DNA from: Narcine bancroftii
Taxonomy: Eukaryota
Length of the DNA stretch: 64,000 nt
Direction of reading: 5' to 3'
Assembly (NCBI RefSeq): GCF_036971445.1
Contig: NC_091470.1
Span: 298,406,001 to 298,470,000, forward strand
The translations under genes were made by a program, and so were the position numbers. Of the stretch, positions 37,500-49,480 are shown piece after piece. The first letter of the stretch is position 1. Each line of letters starts with the position of its first letter. The notes beneath the pieces were generated by a model, which saw nothing but the letters and a program-made list of their open reading frames with translations, had not been told where the DNA came from and did no database searches.

Positions 37500-40400
37500 A
37501 TCAAAATATATCTAAATGCATATATTCCAAATATGGTAACAACTTATTAACAAAAAAAATTGTCATGTAAATTATACGTAATTTTTTCCATAACAATACA
37601 AGCTTTCAATTCATTATGCCATCGCATTATATTAATCACTATATTATCTTTCCATGTACATGCTACACATTTTCGAACTAGACAATGCTAAATATATAAA
37701 TGCAATTTGAAATTTATCCAACCCTAATCCCCTTAAAGGAATCATATAACCCATTAAAAAAATAGATGGATTTAATGGTAACTTAAAATTATATAATTTT
37801 TCCAAAATTCACTTAATTTCAACCCAGAATGGTTGTACATACATACAAGACCAGACAGTATGTAAAAAAGTTCCAGTACATACACCACATCTAAAACAAG
37901 AATCCGAATGACTAAAACCAAAATTATAATTAACCATTCCGTACCGTACATTCGTCAATTTAGTAACACTAACATGGCACGTATCTGCCCAATAATCTTC
38001 AGGGAAAACAAAAGCTAAATCATTTTTTCATTTAAGCTTAGATTTCTTCCATTCCAACTTATCCATATTATCTTGTAATACTTGATACATAACAGAAATA
38101 TAACCCCTTTTTGGTATAGAAGAAATCAAAGACTCAAATTCCATTAATACAGGTAAAATCATCTCTCTACCATACATATTTTTCACCAAAGATGAAAGTT
38201 GATAATAAACAAATAAAGAATTTTCAGCAATATCAAAAAGCTCTTTCAGGAGTCTCCAGGTGGCGCTCATGGAGTGAACACGTTTTGGTTTATGCTCCAT
38301 AAAATATACTATTTTTAACCTGTATCCACCTTTGAACTAACTTCACAGAAGTCAGAAAGATCTTTATTATTTCTCTATTTATACTTGAGTCTGAAAATTT
38401 TGAAGAAATGACTGAAGGAAAAGCTACACGAGCTAAAACCCGGGCAGAAAAAGCTCTTTCAATTGAGTAAAAGAAAGAAACAGACCTTCCACAAAATAGT
38501 CCTGTAATGTTTTTATACCCTTAAAATCCCAACTCTTTAAATGACTATTAAACATTGAAAAAGAAATAAGCTAATTATTATATAATGCAGTTAAAATCGA
38601 CAATTTACCTTTTGATCCTAAAATTTTATTTTTTTTTAATCCATAATTTTAATAAATGTTTTAATATCAGCATATTGTATTCCCTCAACAAATTTACATT
38701 CCAATGAAATATAAATTGATACACCTCAACTTCAGAAATACAGGCCATCTCAACTTTAGCCCAACTTGGAGGCTGGTCCAAATCCATCAATCTACTAATA
38801 AATTTGAACTGGGCTGCTTCATAATAATTCTGAAAATGAGGTAATTGAAGCCAACCTAACACATACTTCCAAGTAAGTTTATTTAATGCTACCCGTGGTA
38901 GTTTACCTTTCCATAAAAATTCTCTCGTAACTTTATTTAAATCCTGAAAGAAATTCTTTGTAAGAGAACATGATATTGATTGAAATAAATATTGAATACA
39001 AGGAAAAATATTCATCTTAATACAATTAACTCGACCAATTTAAGTTAACGGAAGATCTTTCCACTTAATTAGATCTGCTTTAATCTTTTTTAATAATGGA
39101 ATATAATTTAACTCATAAAGATTGATACTCAGTATTTACAATTATTCCTAAATATTTAATTTTATCAGACTATTTCAATTTTATAATATTTTTATACTCT
39201 GAATAATCTCCTTCTCCAACTGGTAAAATTTCATTTTTATCCCAATTAACTTTATATCCAGATAATGTTCCATAATGTAATAAACATTCCCGTAAATGTG
39301 GCAATGATTGTTCTGGGTTTGTTAAATATATCAAAACATCATCTGCAAACAAATTAATCTTGTACTCTTTATCCATAACTCTCATCTCTCTTATCTGTTC
39401 ATTCTGCCTTATTGTTTGAGCTAATGGTTCAATAGCCAATGCAAACAGGGCTGGTGATAATGGACAACCTTGTCGAGTTGAACGTGTCAATTTAAACGAT
39501 GATGAAACTTGACCATTTGTCACCACCCTAGCAGTCGGGTTCATATATAAAGCTTTAACCCAACCAATAAAAAAAAGGGCCAAATTTAAACTTCTCCAGT
39601 ACTTTAAATAAAAAAAATCCCATTCGACCCTATCAGAGGCTTTATCTGCATCAAGCGCAATCACCATTGGGTGGTTGGGCTGCTGTCGATATGCATTGAT
39701 CAAACTACTCAATCGAAGAATATTATCTGAAGCATTTCTATTTTTAATAAAACATGTTTGATCAACATATATCAATTTAGGTAAATACTTAGCAAGTCGA
39801 TTTACTAGCATTTTTGCTATTATTTTATAATCAACATTCAATAAAGAAATAGGTCTATACGAAGACACTTTCAACAGGTCTCTATCTTTTTTCAGGATTA
39901 CAGTAATTAAAGCACTAGAGCAAGATTCTGGTAACTCATAATGTTCAGTAACTTGTTGTAACACCTCCCCAAACACCGAAGATAAATCTTCATAAAACAT
40001 TTTATAAAATTCCACCGAAAACTCATCATCACCTGGTGACTTTCCGTTGGGCATTTCCAACATAGCCACCTTAATCTCTAATTCTGTAAACGGAGCTTCC
40101 AAATCTGTAACATCCTCCTCTTCTAATGCTGATAACATTAACTTAGATAAAAAAGAATCAATAGAACCTTTATCCTGTTTCCCCCTCAGAAGTATATAAT
40201 TTTTAATAAAATGGATAGAACTGGTCATTAATTTCCTGAGGTTTATAGGAAACTGTTGAATTCTTTTTTTACAGCATTAATCACCCGTGAAACCTATTCC
40301 TTCTTTAACTGCCATGCAAGTACTTTATGTGTCCTCTCACCCAACTCATAATATCACTGCTTAATTAAACATTCAAATCGATAAGTCTGCAACGTATTAT

Positions 40401-41419
40401 AACGCAATTTCAATTTAGTCAAAGCCACTTTTTAAAAATCTTCTGTCACTTCCTTCTGAAATTCTTTCTCCAATTCATCAATTTGCTTTTATCTAATTCA
40501 AAGCTTTCAACCATATACTGTTTCTTGACTTTAGTGGTATAACTAATAATCTGTCCTCTTAAATAAGCTTTTAACGCATCTCATAAAACAAAACGACATT
40601 TACTGAATTAGCATTTTCAGATAAGAAAAAAGTAATCTGTTCTTTAACAAAAATAACAAACTTTGTTTTTTTTCAACAACATTGTATTAAATCTCCATCT
40701 ATAAGATGAATGTACCACTTCTGAACTTGCATAATAAAAAAAATAATAAAGAATGATCTGATATAACCCTGTTTTTATATTCTGCCTGTGATACCTTTCC
40801 TTGTAAGTGTGCCAATACTAAAAATCTATTCTAGAAAATGAATCATGACAAGACAAATAAAAAGAAAAATCCTTCTCTGTAGGATTAACCCTTCTCCAAA
40901 TATCCACTAAATTTAAATCCTTCATCAAGGCCCCAATTTGTATCGCCATCTTTGATTTTTGGGGATCTGTCCAACGAAGGATCCAAAACACAATTATAAT
41001 CTCCCCCTAACTAAAATATTTTCATTAGCTTGATTTAATAACAAAAAAACATCCAAAATAAAACACTCATTATCCACATTAGGTGCATAAATATTAAGCA
41101 AAGTCCAAAATTCAGTAAAAATTTTACAATTCACCTTTAAAAACCCTTTCAGCATTCCCTTACATAGTATGCAACTCAAAAGACAAATTCTTATGAATTA
41201 GAATTGCTACACCCCTTGCCTTAGAATTAAATGAAGAAAAAAAAACACATGCCCAACACAATCTCTCTTCAATTTCAAATGTTCTTTTTCAGTCAAATGT
41301 GTTTCTTGTAAAAAGGCAATATCAATTTTCATTTTCTTGATACAAGCCAAAACTTGCTTTCACTTAATCTGATTATTCAACCCCTGAACATTAAAGGTTG
41401 CAAATTTCAAACAAGACAT
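37500..41419 (-). pseudogene. L1 ORF2 (APE endonuclease, RT, C-terminal Cys motif), disrupted
   Basis: MSCLKFATFNVQGLN, AFLQETHL, NIYAPN, SDHS, KSPGDD, YRPISLLNVDYKI, RQGCPLSP, LFADD, CFRC..GTFLH..W.C. Confidence 0.95.
38249..38447 (+). mobile_element. Retrocopy resembling an L1 5' UTR plus ORF1 start, inserted into L1 ORF2
   Basis: Perfect 14-bp TSD aaaaagctctttca (38235-38248 and 38448-38461); starts ggagtctccaggtggcgctcatggag; ATG at 38408 (MTEGKATRAKTRA). Confidence 0.7.
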
Positions 41420-41710
41420 CTTTACAAACTAACAATATAGTCATTTACTACAAAATATCGCTCCCCTTCTAATAAATGAAAACCACTCTCCCTCCCCTAA
41501 ATATTTTTTAAGAGAATATATTATGTAGAAAATTTTTTAATTATTCCCCCCCCAAAAAAGAAACACTACCCAAAGGGAGTAACGCCCTAAAAAACTGGGT
41601 GTGGTAAACCCCACTAGTGGCAGATGACTATCAAAGATTTCAGTGCCATCCATCCCCTTCAGCCAGAAATACATCATTCATATTAATACAATTCAATACT
41701 GTAAATATAT

Positions 41711-43270
41711 TCAACCCAATGATTCCATTTCCAATGATTGTTCCGGATCTTCAATGTCAATAAGACTTTGTGTTAAAACTTTTTTCTTTCCATTTTTCCC
41801 ATTCTGCCCATTTCCATTTACCCTCTTTTTAGGCGACAGTGGTGAAACTCTTCCATGTCCTCGTAAATCTGGTAATGAATTAGCAAAAACTAATGCATCA
41901 TGATCATTCTCAAAACATTGAGATTGAAAGTTACCATAAAAGACCTTTAACACAGCAGGATATCGAAGAGCAAAATTATAACCCTTCCGCCACAGCACTT
42001 CTTTAGCCGAATTAAACTCCTGTCGTTGCCTAATAATTTCTTGACTCAAATCTGCATTAAAAAATACTATTATTTTGAGTCATCATTTGAGATTGACTTT
42101 GTTGTCCCTTCTGTCCCGCCCACCATAGTATCATTTCTGTCTTGATAGTTCAGGCACCGAATTAAGTCCGCTCGTGGTGGTTGTCCCGGTAATGGTTTCT
42201 TTCGTAATGCTCTATGTGACTTCTCCAATACTAGACCTCCCGAGAAAAACTCTTTACCCAATACCTCGGGGATCCAACTCTTAAAATTTTTTATTGGATC
42301 AGATCCTTCAATGTCTTCTAGAAGATCCACAATTTTCACATTATTTCTCTGACTTTGATTTTCCAATGAGTCAATTTTTTTCAGCAAGTCTTTCTTCTGG
42401 ATTTCCCAATCCACAAACGAATCTTCCACTTTCTCTATTTTTTCCTTATTATGTACAACTTGATCTTAACATTCAGAAAAAGCTGTTTCAATTAAAAAAA
42501 AAATCTTGCAATGTATCCACTGATTTAATACATTTATTAACATCCCTCTTAAGTGTAGACATATCCTCAGACATATTAGATATTTTAGTTGTCATTTCCA
42601 AAAACCCTCGAGTCTTTTGTTTAGATATATTGTCCATATGATAAGCAATCCCTTCCAAATCTGCACAGACTCTAATCCAGATTCCAGTTCCACATCTTGA
42701 GGCCTACCTTCTCTAGACTCCACCTCCAATTGTTCCTGTGAACTGCTCGGTAAAGTCCTCTTCTTCTTCCAATGTTGTTGGGCCCTTCCCGGTGCATCTG
42801 CGGGTTTGTACACCTGACGGTGGCATCCCGACCACGTTGGGACACCACCGCTTGGGTCCCCCCACAGCCCACACACGGTCCAATAATTCACAGACCCTGG
42901 AGGGACTGCACATGCCCGGCAAGGCCAGGGACTGCATAGAGGCAGTTTCCAATGCCATTCTGCACTTCTCTAGTTCACCCGATGGCAGCATGGGTTCAAG
43001 GGCCCTTCTCTCAGCCGGGATGCCCATGCGTCCAACATTGCAAACATGCGAATCAACACCGGCCGAGCTCGTCAACATGCCATCGCCATCTTGTGGAGAC
43101 AAGTTTGGAGCCGGTGTGATACTCAGCCTGGCAGGAGTTCTCTGTGCCTTGGACGTTCCAAACGACAATTCCGTGACTTCAACAGGACAGGTAGGCCTCA
43201 ATTCTTCAGCACTTTTAAAAGGTAGTTTCTTCTGTAATTGAGTTTTCATTTTTTAAACATTAGCCGCCAT
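41711..43270 (-). pseudogene. L1 ORF1 (coiled coil, RRM, CTD) with frameshifts
   Basis: LENQSQRNNVKIV..E..EG, LEKSHRAL..PR..LIR, DLSQEIIRQRQEF..ALRYPAVLKV. Confidence 0.88.
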
Positions 43271-44049
43271 TGTAACCCACTAATGTTCTTAAAAATAAAA
43301 ACACAACTTTTATTCGCTTAGATAAAGTTTAAAGATGGGTGCTTAAAAAACTGGCTGAGGAGTACGATTGCCACATCCCCCATGACCAGCATCTCAAAGC
43401 ATTTCATCACTGTGGTTAGATCTACTGGGTGACAGTTGTTGAGGCAACTCAAACTGCTCTTCTTGATGCCATTTTGAAGCAGGTGGGAACCTCTGACTGC
43501 ACCAGAGGTTGAAAACTCTGGCTAGTTAGTTGGCACAGATTTTCAGTACCCTGCCAGGTAGGTTGTCAAGGCTTGATGACTTGTGAGGGTTCACCCTCTT
43601 GAATGATGTTCTGATGTCATCCTCAGAGACAGATATCACAGGGTCTTCAGCCTTTGCAGGGATTCTAGTAGGCACTGTTTGGTTCTCCTTCTTAAAGTAG
43701 GCATAGAAGGCATTCAGATCATATGGTGTTCACCTTTGCTTTGTAGACTATGATGGCCTGCACTCCCTGCCATAGTTGGCGTGTATCTGTCTGTCTCTAG
43801 CTTCCTCTGGAATTGCCACTTTGCTTCAGAGATGGTCTTCCATAACTATACTTGAAATTCTTGTAGATATCTAGATCCACAGCCTTGAATACTCTTGATC
43901 TTGCCCTCAGCAGGTTGAAAATCCTGATTCATCCAAGGCTTCTGATTAGGGAACACACAGTATGTGCGTATGGGCACACACTCATCCACACAGATCTTGA
44001 TGAAATTGGTGAACCTGCTTTCATTACATTACCACTTGCCAAGTACATT

Positions 44050-44390
44050 AGGGCAGCATACTGTCACACTACAAACCTCTGCCTTAAAGACACAAGGTTT
44101 CAATCATGACTTGGAGTGCTGTCCTTGTGGAGTTTGCACAATTTTCTGTGACCATGTTTCCTCTAGGTGCTTCAGTTTCCTCCCATATCCTAAAGATGTG
44201 CTCGTTAGTAGGTTACTTGCACACTGTAAATTTTCCTGAGTGTGTAGGTAAGTGGGGGAATATAGAGTTGTTGAGATTGCAGGGAGAAGAAAAATATTGG
44301 GAGTAATGAAGAATCAGTGTAAATTGGTAGTTACTGGTCAGCATTGATGGTGAGCCAAAAGGCATGTCTCTGTGCTATATCTTTCTGTGT
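44050..44390 (+). mobile_element. V-SINE (HE1-like)
   Basis: tRNA-like head remnant, V-domain gtggagtttgcac..ggtgcttcagtttcctcccatatcctaaagatgtg and a CR1-like tail. Confidence 0.8.
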
Positions 44391-44395
44391 CATTA

Positions 44396-44570
44396 GGTGG
44401 CAGGGGTGGGAGGTCAGCACAGCTAGTAGTTGTTGCTTCACACCTCCAGTAGTTCAGGATGAACCTTCAGCTCTGGTATTTCTGCATTTTCTACCATGGC
44501 CATGTGTATGTTCCGGTTTTCTCCCATGTTCCAAATACATGTTCAGATGTTAATTGGCCCCTCAAAATGG
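44396..44570 (+). mobile_element. Second, more decayed V-SINE
   Basis: gttgcttcacacctccag..tccggttttctcccatgttccaaa..taattggcc. Confidence 0.6.
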
Positions 44571-44754
44571 TGCTCGGAAATGTAAAATTCCTTTTATGGG
44601 TCAGACATATTATTGACAGTCATAACATTGCCTGTTCCAAATTGCTCGAGTAAGCGTTGAGTAGTCTTCTTAACTATTGCAGTTAATTACAGTTTAAAAT
44701 ATTCTTACATTTTTCAATAGGTTGGAGTTGCAGAATGTAGACCCAATGGTAATT

Positions 44755-45500
44755 GAACCATGGGACATTATAGCACAGAAACAGGCCTTCTCGGCTCTTC
44801 TAGTCTGTGCCAAACCATTTTTTTTTTAACTAGACCCATTAACCTGCACCATACCTCTCCCATCCATGCACCTGTCCAAATTCTTCTTAAATGTTAAAAT
44901 TGATCTACCATTCACCACTTCAGCTGGCAGCTTATTCCACACCCTCACCGCTCTCTGTGTGAAGAGGTTCCTTCTCATGTTCCCACTAAACTCTTCCCCT
45001 TTCACTCTCAACCCATGTCCTGTTTGTATTTCACTTACCCTCAGTGGAAAAAGCCTACCTACATTTACTCTGCCTATCACCCTCATAATTTTAAATACCT
45101 CTATCAAATCTCCCCTCATTCTACATTCCAGGGAATAGTCCTTACCTGTTTAACCTTTCCTTGTTACTCAGTTCCTGAAGTCCATACAACATCCTATTAA
45201 ACCTTCTCTGCGCTCTTTCTATCTTATTGATATCTTTCCTGTAGTTAGGTGACCAAAACTAAACACAATACTTCAAATGTGGCCTTACCAATGTCTTATT
45301 CAATGTTACCATAACATCCCAACTCTATAATCAATACTTTGATTTATGAAGGCCAATATATCAAAAGTTCTCTTTATAGCCCTATCCACCTGTGACACCA
45401 CTTTCAGGGAATTATATATCTGTATTCCTAGATCTCTGTTCTACTGCACTCCTCAGTGCCCGACCATTTACCATACGTGCTCTTTTATGATTTGTCCTTC
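44755..45500 (-). mobile_element. CR1 LINE 3' fragment (HER1-like)
   Basis: MRGDLIEVFKIMR..GHGLRVKGE..FTQRAVRVWN. Confidence 0.92.
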
Positions 45501-45749
45501 CGAAACTAAAGAAAATTCCACATTAAAATTATGTGAAACAGATATGATTTTGAATTCATCTCCACCACATTCCTCACAATCCAGTTATCATCAGAATATT
45601 AAAGAAACACAAAAACTGGAACTGCTACACTCTTAGCACAGATGGCATGAGAGGAAGGGAGACAAGAAGGAGGAGACCACTAGGAAGGGAAGGAGAGCAG
45701 AAAAAAGAACAGGAGTAAAAAAGAAATGGAAACACTGGGAAAAAAATTG

Positions 45750-45990
45750 TAAAATCAATGTTCATGCCTGTAGAAGATATCTAATGCATTGTTCCTCAAG
45801 TTTACACATAGCCTCATCTTTACAATCAATGCGGCTGAGGACATATATACATGTGCAGGTATAGTTGGGGGTTGGCAGCAAGAAGCTCAACTTTATAACT
45901 ACAGAGTGGCTCTTGTGCACTGGTGAGACCAAACAACTTGCTTGCCAAACACCTATGGTGTTTGTGGTTCTAAACTTGAACTTCTTGTAG
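45750..45990 (-). mobile_element. Penelope GIY-YIG C-terminal fragment
   Basis: EAMCKLEEQCI resembles the Penelope motif (R)KLEEQHLIFRLG. Confidence 0.55.
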
Positions 45991-45999
45991 CCAACCACC

Positions 46000-46620
46000 T
46001 TTATAAAAAATGCACCTGTAGCCCCAAGTCTTTTTGTCCTACAACATTTACCAAGGTCCTACCATTTATTGTGCAAGTCCTGCTCATGTGGCTCATAAAG
46101 GTGGAAATGCAGGTAGACAGGGTGATGACGGCAACTTGTCCATTCTTGCCTTCAGTCAGGGCATTGAGTACGGGAGCAGGAACATAGAATTACAACTGTA
46201 CAAGATGTTGGTAAGACTGCACTTGGAGAAGATGCACAGTTTTGGTTACCTAGCTGCGGCAAAGATATCATAAGCTGCAAAGTTATAAGGAATGGCTGTA
46301 TAGGTTGGCACTTTTCTCTCGAGAGCTTCGGGAGGACTTTAAAAATCAAGGTACATAATTAGTGCCTTTTGCTCCCTCAATGCAGGTGAATCAGAAACTA
46401 AAGGACATGGATTTAAAGTAAGAGGGGAAAGAATTAAAGAGGATAAAAGGAGCATCTTCTTCACAAAGAGGGTGGTGGGTTTATGGAACAAATCACAAAA
46501 GGTAGTGGTAGAAGTGGGGACAATTGTGATGTTCAAAAGACATTTATAGAGTTACATGGAACTAGCTTGGCAGCATGGACAGGATGGGATGAAAGGCCTA
46601 TTTCTGAGCTATAAAACTCC
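46000..46620 (+). mobile_element. CR1 LINE 3' fragment
   Basis: QGIEYGSRNIELQLYKMLVRLHLE; RGHGFKV-like motif; CR1 tail. Confidence 0.82.
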
Positions 46621-47028
46621 ATAATTCATTAGAAAGACCATATCCTTATTTTAGGCTCTTACAAGTTCAATTCCCTTATTCCATTCCCTAATTATTGAGA
46701 CTGAACCAGACTGTACATAAACTTTGGTAAACTGCAGATGGAGTAGAAGAGTTCAACATGGGGAAATATAATGCACTTATTGCAGTTAAGCAGTAAGAGA
46801 AAGGAAATGAAATAAATAAATTGGTATGCCTAAAGTATAACTTTAGCATATAAGGAAGGAAATTGAGAGCTGGCTATCATTTCTCAATCATCTCTGGCTA
46901 TTGGAAAGACAATCAAAGGCTCTCAAAATGCCAAATTACCAAATTAAACAAAATTTCAAGACAGCTGAAGTTATGAAGAATACTGGGAAAAAGATCAGAT
47001 GAGTATTGCACACTATTAAATAAAAAAC

Positions 47029-47034
47029 TTTATT
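47029..47034 (-). terminator. tgs1: Probable tgs1 poly(A) signal
   Basis: AATAAA on the minus strand 30 nt after the TAG, followed by T-rich sequence. Confidence 0.6.
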
Positions 47035-47064
47035 AGATTTAAAAATAGATCATGCAACCTTAAT

Positions 47065-47223
<159 letters not shown>

Positions 47224-47479
47224 CTAACTTTCTACAGTATTTCAGCAGTACGTTCGAGGATACAATTCCTTAACCTGTAATTCCACCCACTTTTTAGACA
47301 ATTATTTTGACAGAGGCTGATGCTCTCAATTTTCCCCTCCATAAGGCAATTAAATCTCATGAAACAAATGAACAATCACAATCAACTGTTCTATCTTTGT
47401 AAGTATTTGCTTTTTCATGAACTTAAGCTCCATCATACAGCATTAAAACATATGTAATATTTAAAATTAATTCTTTGGC

Positions 47480-47790
47480 AGTTTCCTTGGGAACAAGGAT
47501 GATTTGCTTGGTTTTATGGGGTCTGAAGTGGCTAATGGGTCTAATGCATAAACTACAAATTCTCCCCCAGATGGGGCTAGTAAGTGAGTAGTTTTGAGAA
47601 GCGTGCATTTCTTCTGCTGTATATATATCTGCAAGCCATGGGTGGCTCTGATTCATGGCCTCCAGATTTCCAATACCATTCTTAATATTCCTTCTGTACT
47701 TTGAACTGTTGTGGGGCAGAAATTCCCAGGTGTCAGTTGGACATAGCACTTGACTGAACTTGGAATGGGACAGCCAAGTTCTAAGCACAT
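47480..47790 (-). mobile_element. Probable RTE-clade LINE 3' relic
   Basis: Resembles a common elasmobranch LINE 3' end (gtggctaatgggtctaatgc..cagatggggc); coding signal is weak. Confidence 0.4.
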
Positions 47791-49294
47791 CTTTGAATTT
47801 TTTTTTTCTCTCTGTTTACTTGATAATCTCCTCCTATAATGTAACTCTGAAAGGAGAATCTAGTCAAATATTGGGCATATGCAAAATGTGGCCTGCCTAC
47901 TAAAGGTGCATGTAACCAGAGCTTCAATGTTGCAGATAATGGCGAGGGAGAGAACATTGGTTCCATTTTCCCCGATGAATTTGGAGGATTTTGTGGATTT
48001 AGCGTTTGTACTTTTCTAGTGCGAGATGCCTGCTGTAGTCATGCATGTGAATTTTTCAAATAATCTCATTCAGCTTTTGTTATTTTTCCAAGTTCCTCAT
48101 TTAACCTTCCTAACCTGCTCGATTTCAACATAAAAATAGATTTCATGGAGCTTGCACTCCGAACTAAACGGTTGAAAACAATTAAGCTTTTCAGAGTTTC
48201 AATAGCCTTCAAATATTCTGATCAAAACTGATCACAAAACTTCATGAAAGCAAAGAAATGCATGTGGATATTCTTTATTTTGTCTCTATTGTTTCATCAG
48301 GCACAAAACCCTATTTAAAAAAATCTTATCGGCACTTCACACCATATTATGCTTCTTAATTGAACAGTTCATTAATTAATGATTTCATCTCGTTAACAGT
48401 GCCTTTTTAAAAATGCACACACACATGCTTTCAATTCTCAAGCAGGTCCTCCTATTAAATGCCATTGCTATCCATGGGACATGCACTTAATTGGCCCATA
48501 TTTAGAGAAAGCAGAGTTATTCTATCTGTGCAGAATCCTACATGCATTTGAGGCAAAGATTTTGAGAAAGATAACCCTCTTCTGGGATTAATAATAAAAT
48601 TGGGAACAAGAGAAATGCAGCTGTGATTAAGTGTTTCGTGAACACCATGAGTCATCTCTTTCTTTCATAATATTCATAAGAACAGTTGCAGATGAAAAGA
48701 GACATTGGTGCAGCTGTCGTGGAGCTGAGGCATTCAGGTTCACTCCTGTCCTGGAGTAGGAATTGTGCAGAATTGGCACGTTGGCTCCATGGCTGCTGAG
48801 CTGGAAAGTTGATTTCTACTCTGTTGGCCTTTGGTACAGGTGAATGGCACAAAAAATCAAATGGGAGTTGATCAGTCTGTATGAGGAAGAACAAGTTGCA
48901 GTGGCACAAAAGACAATTAATGAGTAGAATAGACTCCATCTGTATCATTGTAGTTTAAGGTGAAATGAATCCATTTTTTCTTGGTATTATTTAAGAACCA
49001 CTAAATGTTGATATTCTACCTTTGCACAAAAAAAATGGAATCACTGCAGCAAAATGTAAAGAAATCAGTCGAATCAAACATAAAAGAACATTTTTCAATG
49101 AAGTTTGACTATATATTACTGTGATCTAGTTAGCAGATTTTTAACTGCACTCTCATTTGAAAATCCTATCTGTCAGTCGCATTATAATTTTCAATGCTCT
49201 CAGTTTCTGGAGAACATTTCTTGGGACCTCTGGCAGAGGTGTGAGATAATCATATCAGGTGCACAGAATAAAAATATAATTATCAAAAGATTTA

Positions 49295-49480
49295 TTTCTT
49301 CTGAAAATATTCAGAGCAGACTGCATCTGTGAAGAGAGTTGTTGACTTCTCACAAGGATACCCATCAGCTCTGAAGTAAACTCAACAATCTGAAATGATC
49401 ATTCTGATTTCTTTCGCAACAGATGTTGCCTAACCCTCTGGGTAGTTCCAGAAATTTTTTATTTCATTTCCGATTTCCAT
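49295..49480. mobile_element. Penelope-derived hairpin relic
   Basis: Inverted arms ctgaaaatattcag..gcatctgtg and acagatgttgcc..ctgggtagttccag. Confidence 0.5.

Larger units (their letters stand above)
37299..43378 (-). mobile_element. Full-length L1 LINE (~6.1 kb, family B), inactive
   Basis: 17-bp TSD ccc(g/a)tgaccagcatctc at 37282-37298 and 43379-43395; 5' UTR, ORF1, spacer, ORF2, AATAAA and an A-rich tail. Confidence 0.95.
36190..44020 (-). mobile_element. Rex1/Babar LINE split by a full-length L1 (Rex parts 36190-37298 and 43379-44020)
   Basis: Rex RT reads through the L1 TSD (MKCFEMLV); DPLQLAY..STADAI; ESILAGCITVWYG. Confidence 0.9.

Noticed and set aside
39170-40228. 352-aa RT ORF as an active gene
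   Set aside because: Fragment of a frameshifted L1 ORF2 with many lesions on both sides.
44050-44130. Possible tRNA gene
   Set aside because: Decayed tRNA-derived head of a V-SINE; no cloverleaf.
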